From contig CDROCS010005092.1 in NCBI GenBank assembly GCA_977020255.1, forward strand, positions 1 to 64,000: a DNA stretch of 64,000 bases, written 5' to 3'. Of this stretch, positions 20,684 to 30,737 are shown one piece after another; position 1 is the first letter of the stretch; each line of letters starts with the position of its first letter. Below the pieces are notes generated by a model. The model was not told the origin of the DNA, searched no databases, and saw only the letters and a program-made list of their open reading frames with translations. The translations under genes and the position numbers were made by a program. This stretch comes from Obrimoposthia wandeli. Taxonomy: Eukaryota.

Positions 20684-21949
20684 TCAGTGTCCCTTAGATT
20701 CATTTTTTTTCAACAAATGCTGCTGTGTTTGATAAATATGTTGCACGAGTTGTTTGGCTAGCTCACTTTTACTGGTCAACGGGAGAACTTTTTCATCGTT
20801 GGCGGTAAATACCGTTAAGGCGTTGTCGTCGCTATTAAAGCCTTGGCCTGCTGCGGCAACATTATTAGCGGCAATCATATCGAGGTTCTTACGTGCGAGC
20901 TTATCACGCGCATAATGTTCAACATCTTGTGTTTCAGCAGCAAAACCGACCGTAAAAGGTTTGTTCAGTAGTGCGGCAACGTCAGCAACTATGTCAGGGT
21001 TCTTAATAAGATTAAGTTGCATACTGTCTGTCGATTTTTTAATTTTTTCACTCGCCACATTAGCAATACGGTAGTCAGCTACTGCAGCACAAGCGACAAA
21101 TACATCTGAAGTTGGTGCATGTATCAAAGCTTGTTGATGCATATCTAACGCGCTAATAACGGCAATTTTTTCGCAATGTAATGGCGTAGTTAAATTAACT
21201 GGTCCTGAAATTATCGTCACTTCTGCGCCGAGACTTTGTGCAGCACTAGCAATGGCAAAGCCCATTTTCCCTGAACTATGGTTAGAAATGTAGCGCACGG
21301 GATCGATAGCTTCTCGTGTTGGACCTGCGGTAATTAACCACTTTTGTCCAGCTAGTGGCTGTTCTTTAGCCGTATTAACGTCGTAATTGATTTCAGTGAT
21401 GTTAGCGATTTTCTGACAGGTTAATTCAACCAGCTCAGACACTTCTAACATTCGTCCTAGGCCGATATCACCACAAGCCTGTGCACCTGCACCCGGGCCA
21501 AATATAGTGTACTGCCTTGATGTTAAGGTTTTAATATTGTCTTGGGTTGCCGGGTTATGCCACATTTGTTGATTCATCGCGGGGGCAATAGCAATTGGTG
21601 CTGCTGTTGCTAAACACAGCGTGGTTAATAAATCATTGGCCAAGCCTGCTGTAATTTTAGCGATAAGATCGGCCGTAGCAGGAGCAATTAAAATAAAATC
21701 AGCCCATTTTGCCAACTCAATGTGGCCCATAGCTAATTCAGCTTGCGTGTCTAGTAAACTGTCAGACACCGCATTAGCGGACACTGCTTGTAAAGTTAAT
21801 GGCGTAATAAAAGCTTTAGCGCCTTCTGTCATGACAACACGAACATCACCGCCTTGATCTTTCAATCGGCGCACGAGTTCAGGCGTTTTGTAAGCGGCGA
21901 TACCACCACTGATACCCAATAGGATTTTTTTACCCTGAAGAATCTGCAT
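20684..21949 (-). CDS. coaBC: Phosphopantothenoylcysteine decarboxylase/ligase
   Basis: [40 protein letters not shown]. Confidence 0.96.
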   Translation of the reverse strand: MQILQGKKILLGISGGIAAYKTPELVRRLKDQGGDVRVVMTEGAKAFITPLTLQAVSANAVSDSLLDTQAELAMGHIELAKWADFILIAPATADLIAKITAGLANDLLTTLCLATAAPIAIAPAMNQQMWHNPATQDNIKTLTSRQYTIFGPGAGAQACGDIGLGRMLEVSELVELTCQKIANITEINYDVNTAKEQPLAGQKWLITAGPTREAIDPVRYISNHSSGKMGFAIASAAQSLGAEVTIISGPVNLTTPLHCEKIAVISALDMHQQALIHAPTSDVFVACAAVADYRIANVASEKIKKSTDSMQLNLIKNPDIVADVAALLNKPFTVGFAAETQDVEHYARDKLARKNLDMIAANNVAAAGQGFNSDDNALTVFTANDEKVLPLTSKSELAKQLVQHIYQTQQHLLKKNESKGH

Positions 21950-22034
21950 AAACTGCTAATCTTAAATAACAACAATGGGCGATAAGATAGCATTATTCAC
22001 ACTTTTTTTGAAATCACTTTGCAAGGAAGCACTT

Positions 22035-22712
22035 ATGTTAAAAGACTGGCCTGTCGATGAAAAACCTCGTGAGAAGCTGCTGCAACATGGTGCAAAAAGC
22101 TTAAGTGATGCAGAATTGTTAGCGATATTCTTACGTACTGGCGTTAAAGGGTGTCATGTTGTTGATTTAGCAAGAAATCTATTGAAAAGTTTTGGCAGTA
22201 TTTCGCAAATATATCAGGCTGAATTAAATGATTTTTGTCAGCATCATGGTTTAGGTGTGGCGAAATATGTGCAATTACAGGCCTGTTTAGAAATGTCTAA
22301 GCGTTATTTGGGCGAGCAGATGCAAATGGGACAAGCGCTAACGTCGTCATTAAGTACTCAAAATTTCTTAAAAGCCGAATTGCGGCATGAGACACGGGAA
22401 GTCTTTGCGGTACTTTTTCTTAACACTCAGCATCAAGTGATAAAGTTTGAACGATTATTTCATGGCACTATCAATGCCGCCGCAGTTTATCCTCGTATTG
22501 TGGTTGAAGCAGCGCTGAAAAATCAAGCCGGAGCGGTTATTTTGGCCCATAATCATCCCTCGGGTATCGCTGAGCCCAGTATTGCTGATAATCAAATTAC
22601 GACGCGCTTAGAGCAAGCCCTTGCCTTAATCGATATTAGAGTGCTAGACCATATTATTGTTGCGGGTAGTTATTGTTATTCTTATGCTGAACATGGGCGC
22701 ATTAATTCGTAA
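22035..22712 (+). CDS. radC: RadC/YicR (UPF0758, JAB domain) protein
   Basis: KDWPVDEKPREKL and AHNHPSG...SIAD motifs; start placed at ATG 22035 rather than 21975. Confidence 0.93.
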   Translation: MLKDWPVDEKPREKLLQHGAKSLSDAELLAIFLRTGVKGCHVVDLARNLLKSFGSISQIYQAELNDFCQHHGLGVAKYVQLQACLEMSKRYLGEQMQMGQALTSSLSTQNFLKAELRHETREVFAVLFLNTQHQVIKFERLFHGTINAAAVYPRIVVEAALKNQAGAVILAHNHPSGIAEPSIADNQITTRLEQALALIDIRVLDHIIVAGSYCYSYAEHGRINS

Positions 22713-22733
22713 TATCAACTTGAACCTTAATGC

Positions 22734-22772
22734 ACAACATCAATACACAGCATCAATTCGCAACATCAATAC
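22734..22772. repeat. 13-bp tandem repeat, 3 copies
   Basis: ACAACATCAATAC / ACAGCATCAATTC / GCAACATCAATAC. Confidence 0.75.
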
Positions 22773-22879
22773 GAAATAAATTGATTCTCACCACGACATG
22801 ACTCTGTATTCTCACTAGGCTGTTCAACGATTATTTTTACTGATAAATTCATAATAGGTTCGTTATCAATAGGCCAGAA

Positions 22880-22924
22880 TATCCCCAAGCCACTTGAATA
22901 TGCAGGATTGTGCAAGTCGAGAAA
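22880..22924 (+). repeat. ERIC-like repeat, 5'-end fragment
   Basis: TATCCCCAAGCCACTTGAATATGCAGGATTGTGCAAGTCGAGAAA nearly matches 60829-60873. Confidence 0.85.
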
Positions 22925-23346
22925 TCGTACAATTTTTCGCTGTAATTTTACTCAACTGTTTTACTCGAAAAAAAGACATGGCAAGATGGCAATTTAGTGA
23001 TTAATAAAAAATTGGCTAAGGTTGATGTGGTTTATGTATTCGTTGATAAGCCGTGTAATAAAGATCAAAAAGAAAAATAATGAAATGTGTGGATTCTAAA
23101 ACAGACAAAAAGTGCAGGTTTATTATTCGACTCGGATGATAATAGTGCAAATAAAATTGTTTTTTAGCCGTTAATTGAGGTTAAGTTGATGATTTTATTG
23201 TTATTTAAAAAATAACAACTTTAACGCTGATAAATACTGGCATTAGTTTTTAACTTTCACTATAATATGCCACCTTTTTCAGGATCCCGAGGCGACGGTC
23301 TTGGGGAAATACAGTTAGACCTGAAATCAATTTTGGAGTACTCATT

Positions 23347-23583
23347 ATGTCTAAAGTTTGCCAAGTAACAGGCAAAAAGCCAATGGTTGGAAACAACCGT
23401 TCGCACGCAAGAAACGCGACTCGTCGTCGTTTTTTACCTAACCTTCAAACTCACCGTTTTTGGGTTGAGAGTGAAAATAGTTTCGTTAAGTTACGCTTAA
23501 CTCCGAAAGGAATGCGTATTATCGATAAAAAAGGTATTGATGCAGTTTTAACTGATATCCGTGCCCGTGGCGAAAAAGTTTAA
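23347..23583 (+). CDS. rpmB: 50S ribosomal protein L28
   Basis: [21 protein letters not shown]...RRFLPNL. Confidence 0.98.
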   Translation: MSKVCQVTGKKPMVGNNRSHARNATRRRFLPNLQTHRFWVESENSFVKLRLTPKGMRIIDKKGIDAVLTDIRARGEKV

Positions 23584-23594
23584 GGAATTGCACC

Positions 23595-23750
23595 ATGCGC
23601 GATAAAATTCGTTTAGTTTCTAGTGCTGGCACTGGCCATTTTTACACTACAGACAAGAACAAAAAAACTATGCCTGAGAAAATGGAGATCAAAAAGTTTG
23701 ATCCTCGCATTCGTCAGCATGTTATGTATAAAGAAGCTAAAATCAAGTAA
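23595..23750 (+). CDS. rpmG: 50S ribosomal protein L33 (below the ORF-track size cutoff)
   Basis: Translated by hand: [51 protein letters not shown]. Confidence 0.97.
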   Translation: MRDKIRLVSSAGTGHFYTTDKNKKTMPEKMEIKKFDPRIRQHVMYKEAKIK

Positions 23751-23767
23751 TTGATAGCCTCTGATTT

Positions 23768-23793
23768 AAAAACCCGGTTTTACCGGGTTTTTT
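23768..23793 (+). terminator. rpmBG intrinsic terminator
   Basis: AAAAACCCGG-TTTTA-CCGGGTTTTTT. Confidence 0.9.
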
Positions 23794-23899
23794 ATTGCCT
23801 AAAGAAAATGTTCTACACAAAGATATCATCCCTTCTTCTTCGTTAATTTCGCTCTACTGTGCTGTTGATTTTTTCTATTCATCGCTTACTGATTATGGC

Positions 23900-24125
23900 T
23901 ATACCTCATTTTATCTGTGATAAGACAGTTGTCATGATAAATTCATCTGATATATGGTGGTATGCAGAGCTGCTAGGAAATTCAAGGCGCAGCACGAAGA
24001 CAATGGTTAAAAATCCTTAGATAAAGGGTCACCTGTCGTTATTGATTTCGACAATGGAACAACCATTCCCTTCAATCAGTGCCTTAATTGCTAACCCTTT
24101 CTCGACTTATTTATCGTGGTTTGGC
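23900..24125 (-). repeat. ERIC-like repeat, inverted, internally deleted copy
   Basis: 24021-24108 matches the reverse complement of 60864-60998 minus the central segment; begins TATACC at 23900; right end approximate. Confidence 0.8.
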
Positions 24126-26119
24126 ACTCGTGTTATAAAAATAAATTGTCAAATCGAATGGTTAAGCACTCGATATTAAGGCAAGCTTCTGTCAAAGTCG
24201 GAGTTACTATCAGCATCACTTCAATACCAAGCATCATTGCTGGCCCGATGGTCAGGCATGTTAGTCAGCATCAATTAACTTTTTGGTTGGTGACTAATAA
24301 GTCATACACCCTTCAGCTTCAGCTATATCAACAAGACGACGATTTGCCCTTAGCGGAAATAACGTTAGACAGTGCACAGCATCAAGAAATTCAGATAGGT
24401 GAGCAGGCTGTTGTCAACTTACTGTCGATAAATTTCTCGTCGCCACTGCCGCTAAATACCTTACTCAGTTATAACTTTACTTTTATCGATGATGGCCTTG
24501 AGCACTCGTTAACTGAGCTAATGCCTGAATTATTGTATGCTGGCCAACAGTATCCCAACTTTGTCATTAAATCTGACATAACACAGATGTTACATGGCTC
24601 TTGTCGTAAACCTCACTTTGATAGTGGCGATGGCTTAGTGCAAGTTGACCGTGTTATTGGCGACTCGATTAATAATGCTGAGTTAAGGCCTGCCATGCTG
24701 ATGATGTCAGGTGATCAAATTTACGCTGATGATGTTGCCGGGCCCATGCTGGTGGCGATTCATCAAGTGATCGATTTATTAGGTCTGTATAGCGAAGAGT
24801 GGCAAGGAACAGTGGTTAGCTCAAGTGATGAGTTGTTTGCTAGTCCGCTTTGTTACTATCAGCGTGATCGTCTGCTGCCACACAATAAAGCCAATAAAGC
24901 GGTTTACGAAAAAATATTCACCGCTAGTAAAAAACCGATCTTCACTTCCGTCAATGCAAAAAATCATTTAGTGACTTTAGCCGAAGTTTTCGCGATGTAT
25001 TTGTTAACTTGGTCACCAGTGATGTGGCGCTTAGTTGATCTAAAGTCACACCGAGTCAAGGCTGACTTTTTAGCCACTTATGAAGCTGAAGCTCAGATAA
25101 TTGAGCGCTTTGCGGAAGGGTTAGCCGTTGTGAGCCGCTCATTAGCACACATACCCACTTATATGATTTTCGATGATCATGATATTACTGATGATTGGAA
25201 TTTAACTCGTGGTTGGGAAGAAGCAGCCTATGGTCATCCGTTTTCAAAAAGGATCATAGGTAATACCTTAATTGGCTATTGGCTTTGCCAAGGTTGGGGT
25301 AATGCGCCGGATAAATTCACTGAATTTAATCAACAGCACCAGAACTCCTTTGGTAATGGTGCATATAGCGAACAAGCACAACTTATTGATGAATTACTCG
25401 CGTGGGACCAGTGGCATTATAGTTTAGCGACGACACCTAAAATTATTGTACTTGATACTCGAACACAGCGATGGCGTTCTGAAAGTAACGCTAATAAACC
25501 ATCTGGCCTAATGGACTGGGAAGCATTGTCTGAATTACAACAGGAGCTTATTAACCAACCTGAGGTGATTTTAGTGTCTCCTGCGCCAATTTATGGTGTG
25601 AAGATGATTGAAACCATTCAACGTATTTTTACTTTTTTAGGGCTGCCCTTAATGGTAGATGCTGAAAACTGGATGGCGCATTCTGGCACGGCTAACGTTA
25701 TGTTGAATATTTTTAGGCACTATAAAACACCACCGCATTTTATTATTCTCTCTGGTGATGTGCATTATTCGTTTTTTTATGAAGTCACTCATCGCTTTAA
25801 GCGTAATAGTTCACGAATTTTTCAAATAACCTCCAGTGGTATCAAGAACCAATTTCCTCGAGGGTTGCTGAATTGTTTAGAACGCTTAAATCGCTATTTA
25901 TATGCGAGCTATTCGCCACTGAATTGGTTTACTAAACGTCGTCGAATGAAAGTGCAAGTGCGTAAACCTGATCCTGATAGCCGTAAAACGTTGGTCAATC
26001 AAAGTGGTATTGGCTTGATCACGTTAACGGCGGATGAGCAAGTCGTAAAAGCTGAGCTATTAACCGCTAATAATGAACGGATACTGTTTCATCCATTACA
26101 TGACGAAGATGATGATTAA
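24116..26119 (+). CDS. PhoD-like (alkaline phosphatase D family) metallophosphoesterase; true start probably downstream of 24116
   Basis: HGSCRKP, MSGDQIYADD, IFDDHDITDDWN, LDTRTQR and LSGDVHYS motifs; no Tat signal seen. Confidence 0.85.
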   Translation: MVWHSCYKNKLSNRMVKHSILRQASVKVGVTISITSIPSIIAGPMVRHVSQHQLTFWLVTNKSYTLQLQLYQQDDDLPLAEITLDSAQHQEIQIGEQAVVNLLSINFSSPLPLNTLLSYNFTFIDDGLEHSLTELMPELLYAGQQYPNFVIKSDITQMLHGSCRKPHFDSGDGLVQVDRVIGDSINNAELRPAMLMMSGDQIYADDVAGPMLVAIHQVIDLLGLYSEEWQGTVVSSSDELFASPLCYYQRDRLLPHNKANKAVYEKIFTASKKPIFTSVNAKNHLVTLAEVFAMYLLTWSPVMWRLVDLKSHRVKADFLATYEAEAQIIERFAEGLAVVSRSLAHIPTYMIFDDHDITDDWNLTRGWEEAAYGHPFSKRIIGNTLIGYWLCQGWGNAPDKFTEFNQQHQNSFGNGAYSEQAQLIDELLAWDQWHYSLATTPKIIVLDTRTQRWRSESNANKPSGLMDWEALSELQQELINQPEVILVSPAPIYGVKMIETIQRIFTFLGLPLMVDAENWMAHSGTANVMLNIFRHYKTPPHFIILSGDVHYSFFYEVTHRFKRNSSRIFQITSSGIKNQFPRGLLNCLERLNRYLYASYSPLNWFTKRRRMKVQVRKPDPDSRKTLVNQSGIGLITLTADEQVVKAELLTANNERILFHPLHDEDDD

Positions 26120-26227
26120 TGTGCCGGCAAAGCTGACGTGTGGAGAGGGAGAATGCAGAGAGTCACCTTCGAGATGGCGTTTTTATCGTTTGTGATTAGT
26201 TCATGTTTGCTTCTATATCAACCAAAG

Positions 26228-26265
26228 AAAAAGGAGTAAGCGCTTAATGCGCTTACTCCTTTTTT
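26228..26265. terminator. Bidirectional intrinsic terminator
   Basis: AAAAAGGAGTAAGCGC-TTAAT-GCGCTTACTCCTTTTTT between convergent genes. Confidence 0.9.
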
Positions 26266-26319
26266 ATTCGCTTAGAGTCTATGACCTATCATCTATAACC
26301 CATGACTGAGCACTAAACA

Positions 26320-28059
26320 TTAGGATTGTTGCTTAATCCAATCCATCGTCAGCTCTTCAAGTAAAGCCATAGGTAAACTACCATTTTTCAGCATTTGATC
26401 ATGAAAAGCTCTTACATCAAAGTTATTACCGAGTGCTTTTTCTGCTTTAGCACGTAATTGACGGATCTTAATTTCACCAATCTTGTATGATAATGCTTGT
26501 GCTGGCCAACTTATATATCGGTCAATTTGGCCAATAACATCAGGCATGCTTAACGCGGTGTTTTCGGCTAAATAATCAATCGCTTGTTGTCGAGTCCAGC
26601 CTTTTGCATGAATACCGGTATCAACCACTAAACGACAAGCACGCCAAGCTTCATAGGTTAAACGGCCAAAGTCGCTGTAAGGATCCTGATAAAAGCCCAT
26701 TTCTTTACCTAAACGTTCTGAATATAGTCCCCAGCCTTCGCCATAAGCGGCGTGGTACAAAGTTTTTCTAAACTCAGGCATATCGACTTCTTGTGCAATA
26801 GCACTCTGAAAATGATGGCCAGGCTCTGCTTCATGAAAAGTCAGCGCTTCTAGGGTATATAACGGTTGGCTGTCTAGGTTTTTAGTTTCTAAAAAGTAAG
26901 TACCCGGTGTGGTACCGCTGCCATCAGAGGCAACATAGTATGCACCGCCATTGGGACTTGATTTAATATCAAAAGTTGAACGTGGTAAAACCGAAAACCA
27001 TTTAGGTAACTGTGCAGCCATTTTACGGGTGATATAGCTGGCTTTTTCCAACATATCCATCGCATTATCAGTGTAAAACTGTGGGTCGGTACGAAGGAAT
27101 TTAATAAAGTCTTTAAATTCACCTTTGAAACCGACTTCGGTAATTATTTTCTGCATTTCTTGGCGAATACGGCTGACTTCATCCAATCCGGTTTGGTGGA
27201 TCTCGTCAGCAGTTAATGTTGTGGTCGTGTAATACTCAATTAAGTATTGATAATATTTTTCTCCTCCTTCAGCACTACTAATCCCAGCAGTTGTTCGGCA
27301 ATTTTTCATGTAATCTTCGGTGAAAAAGTCATAAAAACGTTGGTATTCAGGTAATACCGTGTCTTTGATCAGTGTTTTTACTTGTTGGCGATATTTCTCT
27401 TGCTGAGCAGGAGCAATCGCTTTTGGCATTTTTAGCATAGGTGCGTAAAAAACGCTGTCTTCGATATTGTTAACTAAGTGCTTACTGATTGATTTTTCGT
27501 AACCTTCAAAGCTTTCACAGTAATGCGTATGCCCAGCCGTTATCGCCTGTTTTAGATCGACAATATGTTCTTGGTTATAGCGAGGGTAATCAGCAAGGCT
27601 AATTAAATAGTCACGATAGTTTTTTTCACTTAAGAATGACATATTCGCTGGTGCGCCAGCAAAGTAGCTATGAAACCCTGAATAATAGGTGAGTGGGTAA
27701 AGGTGATCTTGAAATTGGTAGCTTTTTGCTTCAGCAGTACGCTCATATTTGAATAAACGGTAGGTGACTTGGTCAGCTGCGGATAACTGAGAGAGATCAA
27801 TTTTTTCGATGCGGGTGAGTAATTCCTCGTTATATTTTGATCGACGATCACGACCATTCGCTGACATTTCAGGTAATTTACCGTTCATACGAAATGCGTC
27901 AGGGTCTTTTCGAAAGAATATTTGTTCTTGATTTGCTGTTTGCCAATGTTCATCAAGTAGCTGTTGAAATTGTTCACTTGCCTGATTAGCGAAGGTTTGG
28001 GTAGTGCTAAATAGGCCAGTTAGCATTAACATGCTGATACTGAATTTTTTGAGTTGCAT
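26320..28059 (-). CDS. DUF885-family secreted protein (metallopeptidase-like)
   Basis: Signal peptide; HEAEPGHHFQ, EGWGLYSE and RYISWPAQALSYKIG motifs. Confidence 0.88.
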   Translation of the reverse strand: MQLKKFSISMLMLTGLFSTTQTFANQASEQFQQLLDEHWQTANQEQIFFRKDPDAFRMNGKLPEMSANGRDRRSKYNEELLTRIEKIDLSQLSAADQVTYRLFKYERTAEAKSYQFQDHLYPLTYYSGFHSYFAGAPANMSFLSEKNYRDYLISLADYPRYNQEHIVDLKQAITAGHTHYCESFEGYEKSISKHLVNNIEDSVFYAPMLKMPKAIAPAQQEKYRQQVKTLIKDTVLPEYQRFYDFFTEDYMKNCRTTAGISSAEGGEKYYQYLIEYYTTTTLTADEIHQTGLDEVSRIRQEMQKIITEVGFKGEFKDFIKFLRTDPQFYTDNAMDMLEKASYITRKMAAQLPKWFSVLPRSTFDIKSSPNGGAYYVASDGSGTTPGTYFLETKNLDSQPLYTLEALTFHEAEPGHHFQSAIAQEVDMPEFRKTLYHAAYGEGWGLYSERLGKEMGFYQDPYSDFGRLTYEAWRACRLVVDTGIHAKGWTRQQAIDYLAENTALSMPDVIGQIDRYISWPAQALSYKIGEIKIRQLRAKAEKALGNNFDVRAFHDQMLKNGSLPMALLEELTMDWIKQQS

Positions 28060-28170
28060 AGATAAGCCTTAAGTTAGGTGCTTTTTATTATTGGCATCAG
28101 TGTAAAGCGATGTACTAATAAGCTCAATTTTTTCGTATCATAGCTTTTAGTTAATATTTAGGAGTGCATT

Positions 28171-28662
28171 ATGGTGAAGTTATCGAAAACTGGTTGGAAT
28201 AATGTCATTATTTTTTCAGTTATGGGCTTTATTCTTTTGATCAATGCCACCAATAAAAAAATATTTTCACCCGATGAAGGTGCGCTTAATGAGCAGGAAA
28301 TAGCGTTAGTAGGGCCGCAAAATGTTATTTTAACGCTAAATATTAATCATGTTGTTGCTATTGAACGTATAGGACGTACATGGCGAGCAACACCGGCTCA
28401 TATTTCCGGGCAAGCGTTAGCGCAAATGATGATGTCGTGGCAGCAAAGTAGTGGTGAGGCTATGGCACAAGCCCCCGAAGTAGATCGACAGCTTTCACTC
28501 GATGTGACGCTCGATATTGCCGGGCAAACACAACCACTACAGTTAAATTTTTATGCCACAGAGCAGCAATTATTAATTTTTAATCAACTATCGCAACAGT
28601 GGCTTATTATGCCGATAGCGATGTATGGGCAGTTGTTTCCTCAGGAAATATTTGCCAGCTAA
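28171..28662 (+). CDS. Hypothetical membrane-anchored protein
   Basis: 163-aa ORF with one N-terminal TM segment and an upstream GGAG RBS. Confidence 0.75.
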   Translation: MVKLSKTGWNNVIIFSVMGFILLINATNKKIFSPDEGALNEQEIALVGPQNVILTLNINHVVAIERIGRTWRATPAHISGQALAQMMMSWQQSSGEAMAQAPEVDRQLSLDVTLDIAGQTQPLQLNFYATEQQLLIFNQLSQQWLIMPIAMYGQLFPQEIFAS

Positions 28663-28724
28663 ATCAGTAAAAAACAGCAGAATAATATGAGTTTTATTTA
28701 CCCTAAAATAGAGGCAGAAAATTT

Positions 28725-29621
28725 ATGAGAAAATGCGCAATTCTATCAATGGACAGCTTGGCCGACTTTGAAGCTTACGACTGTTTGATTGATGAACCTA
28801 TGCTTGCTTTAGGCTGGCAAACAGACGTTGTTTCTTGGCGCAATCACAATGTAAATTGGTCTGACTATGAAGTGGTTATTATTCGTAGCCCGTGGGATTA
28901 CCAAGATGATATGGCAAGTTTTCTTAAGGTGCTAAAAAATATAGAACAATCAAGCGCTCGATTAGAGAATAGCTTAGCCGTGGTTGAGTGGAATATTAAT
29001 AAGAGTTACTTGAAAAGCTTAAGCCAAGATGGCGTTACCATAGTGCCAACACTTTGGCCTGAGGCTTTTGATGCCAGTAATATGGCAGGTTATTTTAGTC
29101 ATTTCTCGACTGAACAAATAGTATTAAAACCACGCGTTAGTGCCAATGCCGACAATACTTTTTGGCTAACAAAAGATAACTACCAAGATAAAATAGCCGA
29201 GCTTAATAGCGCTTTTAGTAGCCGAGAGTTGATGGTGCAGCCTTTTATGGCTGATATTTGTAGTGAAGGTGAGTTTTCTTTATTTTATTTTAATGGTGAG
29301 TTTAGTCACGCGATATTAAAAACACCGGCTCAAGGTGATTTTCGTGTTCAAGAAGAGCATGGTGGTGGTTTATTAGCCGTAACACCTGAACCTGCTTTAA
29401 CAGCAGCAGCTGACAAAACAATGCAAGCAATCAGTAAGCTCCATGGTGAGTTGCTTTATGCTCGCATTGATTTTGTGCGTTACCAAGATACTTTTGCCTT
29501 GATGGAAGCGGAATTAATTGAACCGTCGCTTTATTTTAATATGGATAAGGCTTCACCACAGCGATTTGCACAGGCGTTTGTTGCCCGCATTAACGCTGAT
29601 TTAGCAGGAGGCGCTGCTTAA
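28725..29621 (+). CDS. ATP-grasp ligase, DcsG/RimK-like
   Basis: IRSPWDY, WNINKSYL, KPRVSA, VQPF, GEFS, FRVQEEHGG, YARIDFV and LMEAELIEPSL motifs. Confidence 0.85.
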   Translation: MRKCAILSMDSLADFEAYDCLIDEPMLALGWQTDVVSWRNHNVNWSDYEVVIIRSPWDYQDDMASFLKVLKNIEQSSARLENSLAVVEWNINKSYLKSLSQDGVTIVPTLWPEAFDASNMAGYFSHFSTEQIVLKPRVSANADNTFWLTKDNYQDKIAELNSAFSSRELMVQPFMADICSEGEFSLFYFNGEFSHAILKTPAQGDFRVQEEHGGGLLAVTPEPALTAAADKTMQAISKLHGELLYARIDFVRYQDTFALMEAELIEPSLYFNMDKASPQRFAQAFVARINADLAGGAA

Positions 29622-29622
29622 T

Positions 29623-30546
29623 ATGCCAGAGTTACCAGAAGTAGAGGTTTGTCGTTTAGGTATTACGCCTCATATTCTAGGCCAAAAAGTTGCTGATGTG
29701 GTGGTACGTAACGCTAAATTACGTTGGCCTATTCCTGATGAAGTGCATAGTGTTGTTGGTAAAACATTAGAAAAAATAGAGCGCCGTTCTAAATATCTTT
29801 TGTTAAAGTTTTCTAGCGGCACCTTGTTGTTACATCTAGGCATGTCCGGTTCAGTACGTATTCTTGAAGAAGACACGCCAGAGGCTAAGCATGATCACTT
29901 TGAAATGTTATTTGATAACGGCAAAATGCTGAGATTGAATGATCCACGCCGATTTGGTGCTGTACTGTGGTTTCCTGAGCACCATGATCAGCAAGGCTTG
30001 TTGGCTAAGTTAGGCCCAGAGCCGTTAAGTGATGACTTTGCATACGGGCATTTATTTAGCAAAGCCGGTAATCGTAAAGTACCGATTAAAACCTTCTTGA
30101 TGGATAATCATGTTGTTGTTGGTGTTGGCAATATCTATGCTAATGAAGCGCTCTTTATCGCGAGTATTCACCCGGCTACGTTAGTGAACTGCATTAGCGA
30201 AAAAAAGTTTAATGAGTTAACCGATATTATTAAAACGGTACTAGCGGCAGCTATTGAACAAGGTGGCACGACACTAAAAGACTTTACTCAAGCGGATGGT
30301 AAGCCAGGTTATTTTGCTCAAAAGTTGTTTGTTTATGGTCGCAAAGGTGAAAAATGCGATGGTTGCCAAACGATATTAGAAGAAATTCGCCAATCAAATC
30401 GTAGTTCGATATTTTGTCCGCAATGCCAAGTACAACAAATGCCAACACCTGCAGCGAAAAATACGGTGAAGAAAAAAGTAAAAGCAGGTACGAAAAAGGC
30501 AGGTACTAAAAAATCAGATAGGGTGAACAGCACGGAGAAAAAATAA
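29623..30546 (+). CDS. mutM: Formamidopyrimidine-DNA glycosylase with a Lys-rich C-terminal extension
   Basis: MPELPEVE, HLGMSG, DPRRFG, GVGNIYANEALF and a CxxC...CPQC zinc finger. Confidence 0.96.
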   Translation: MPELPEVEVCRLGITPHILGQKVADVVVRNAKLRWPIPDEVHSVVGKTLEKIERRSKYLLLKFSSGTLLLHLGMSGSVRILEEDTPEAKHDHFEMLFDNGKMLRLNDPRRFGAVLWFPEHHDQQGLLAKLGPEPLSDDFAYGHLFSKAGNRKVPIKTFLMDNHVVVGVGNIYANEALFIASIHPATLVNCISEKKFNELTDIIKTVLAAAIEQGGTTLKDFTQADGKPGYFAQKLFVYGRKGEKCDGCQTILEEIRQSNRSSIFCPQCQVQQMPTPAAKNTVKKKVKAGTKKAGTKKSDRVNSTEKK

Positions 30547-30605
30547 TATCAGCATGCTCAGTAATGATAATCCTTGAAGGCAATGTTTTATATCTGAGGT
30601 TAAAT

Positions 30606-30629
30606 TATACCAAGTTTATTGATTAAGCG
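30606..30629 (+). repeat. Degenerate ERIC-like terminus
   Basis: TATACCAA-GT-TTATTGA-TTAAGCG resembles a microdeleted form of the 4361/61112 terminus. Confidence 0.45.
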
Positions 30630-30737
30630 TTTGTTATTTAAGTGCTTTTTCAGCTTCGCCTCACTTGCCAAGCCAAGCCAAGCTAAGTTGTTAGTCGTGT
30701 CATATTTCTAGCAACGATAATTTAACAGGGTGGAAGG

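Noticed and set aside
22035-22712. radC as a marker of a prophage or integrative element
   Set aside because: It is in the canonical chromosomal coaBC-radC-rpmB position; no integrase or att sites were seen
22713-23346. Possible CRISPR array or sRNA in the long radC-rpmB spacer
   Set aside because: The repeats are 13 bp, directly tandem and without spacers, there are no cas genes, and no known RNA motif was recognised
26120-26200. Purine-rich GGAGAGGGAGAATGCAGAGAG stretch resembling a glycine riboswitch start
   Set aside because: The other conserved elements are missing and it lies between convergent 3' ends
26236-26247. GTAAGCGCTTAA as an SlmA binding site
   Set aside because: Fully explained as one arm of a terminator hairpin
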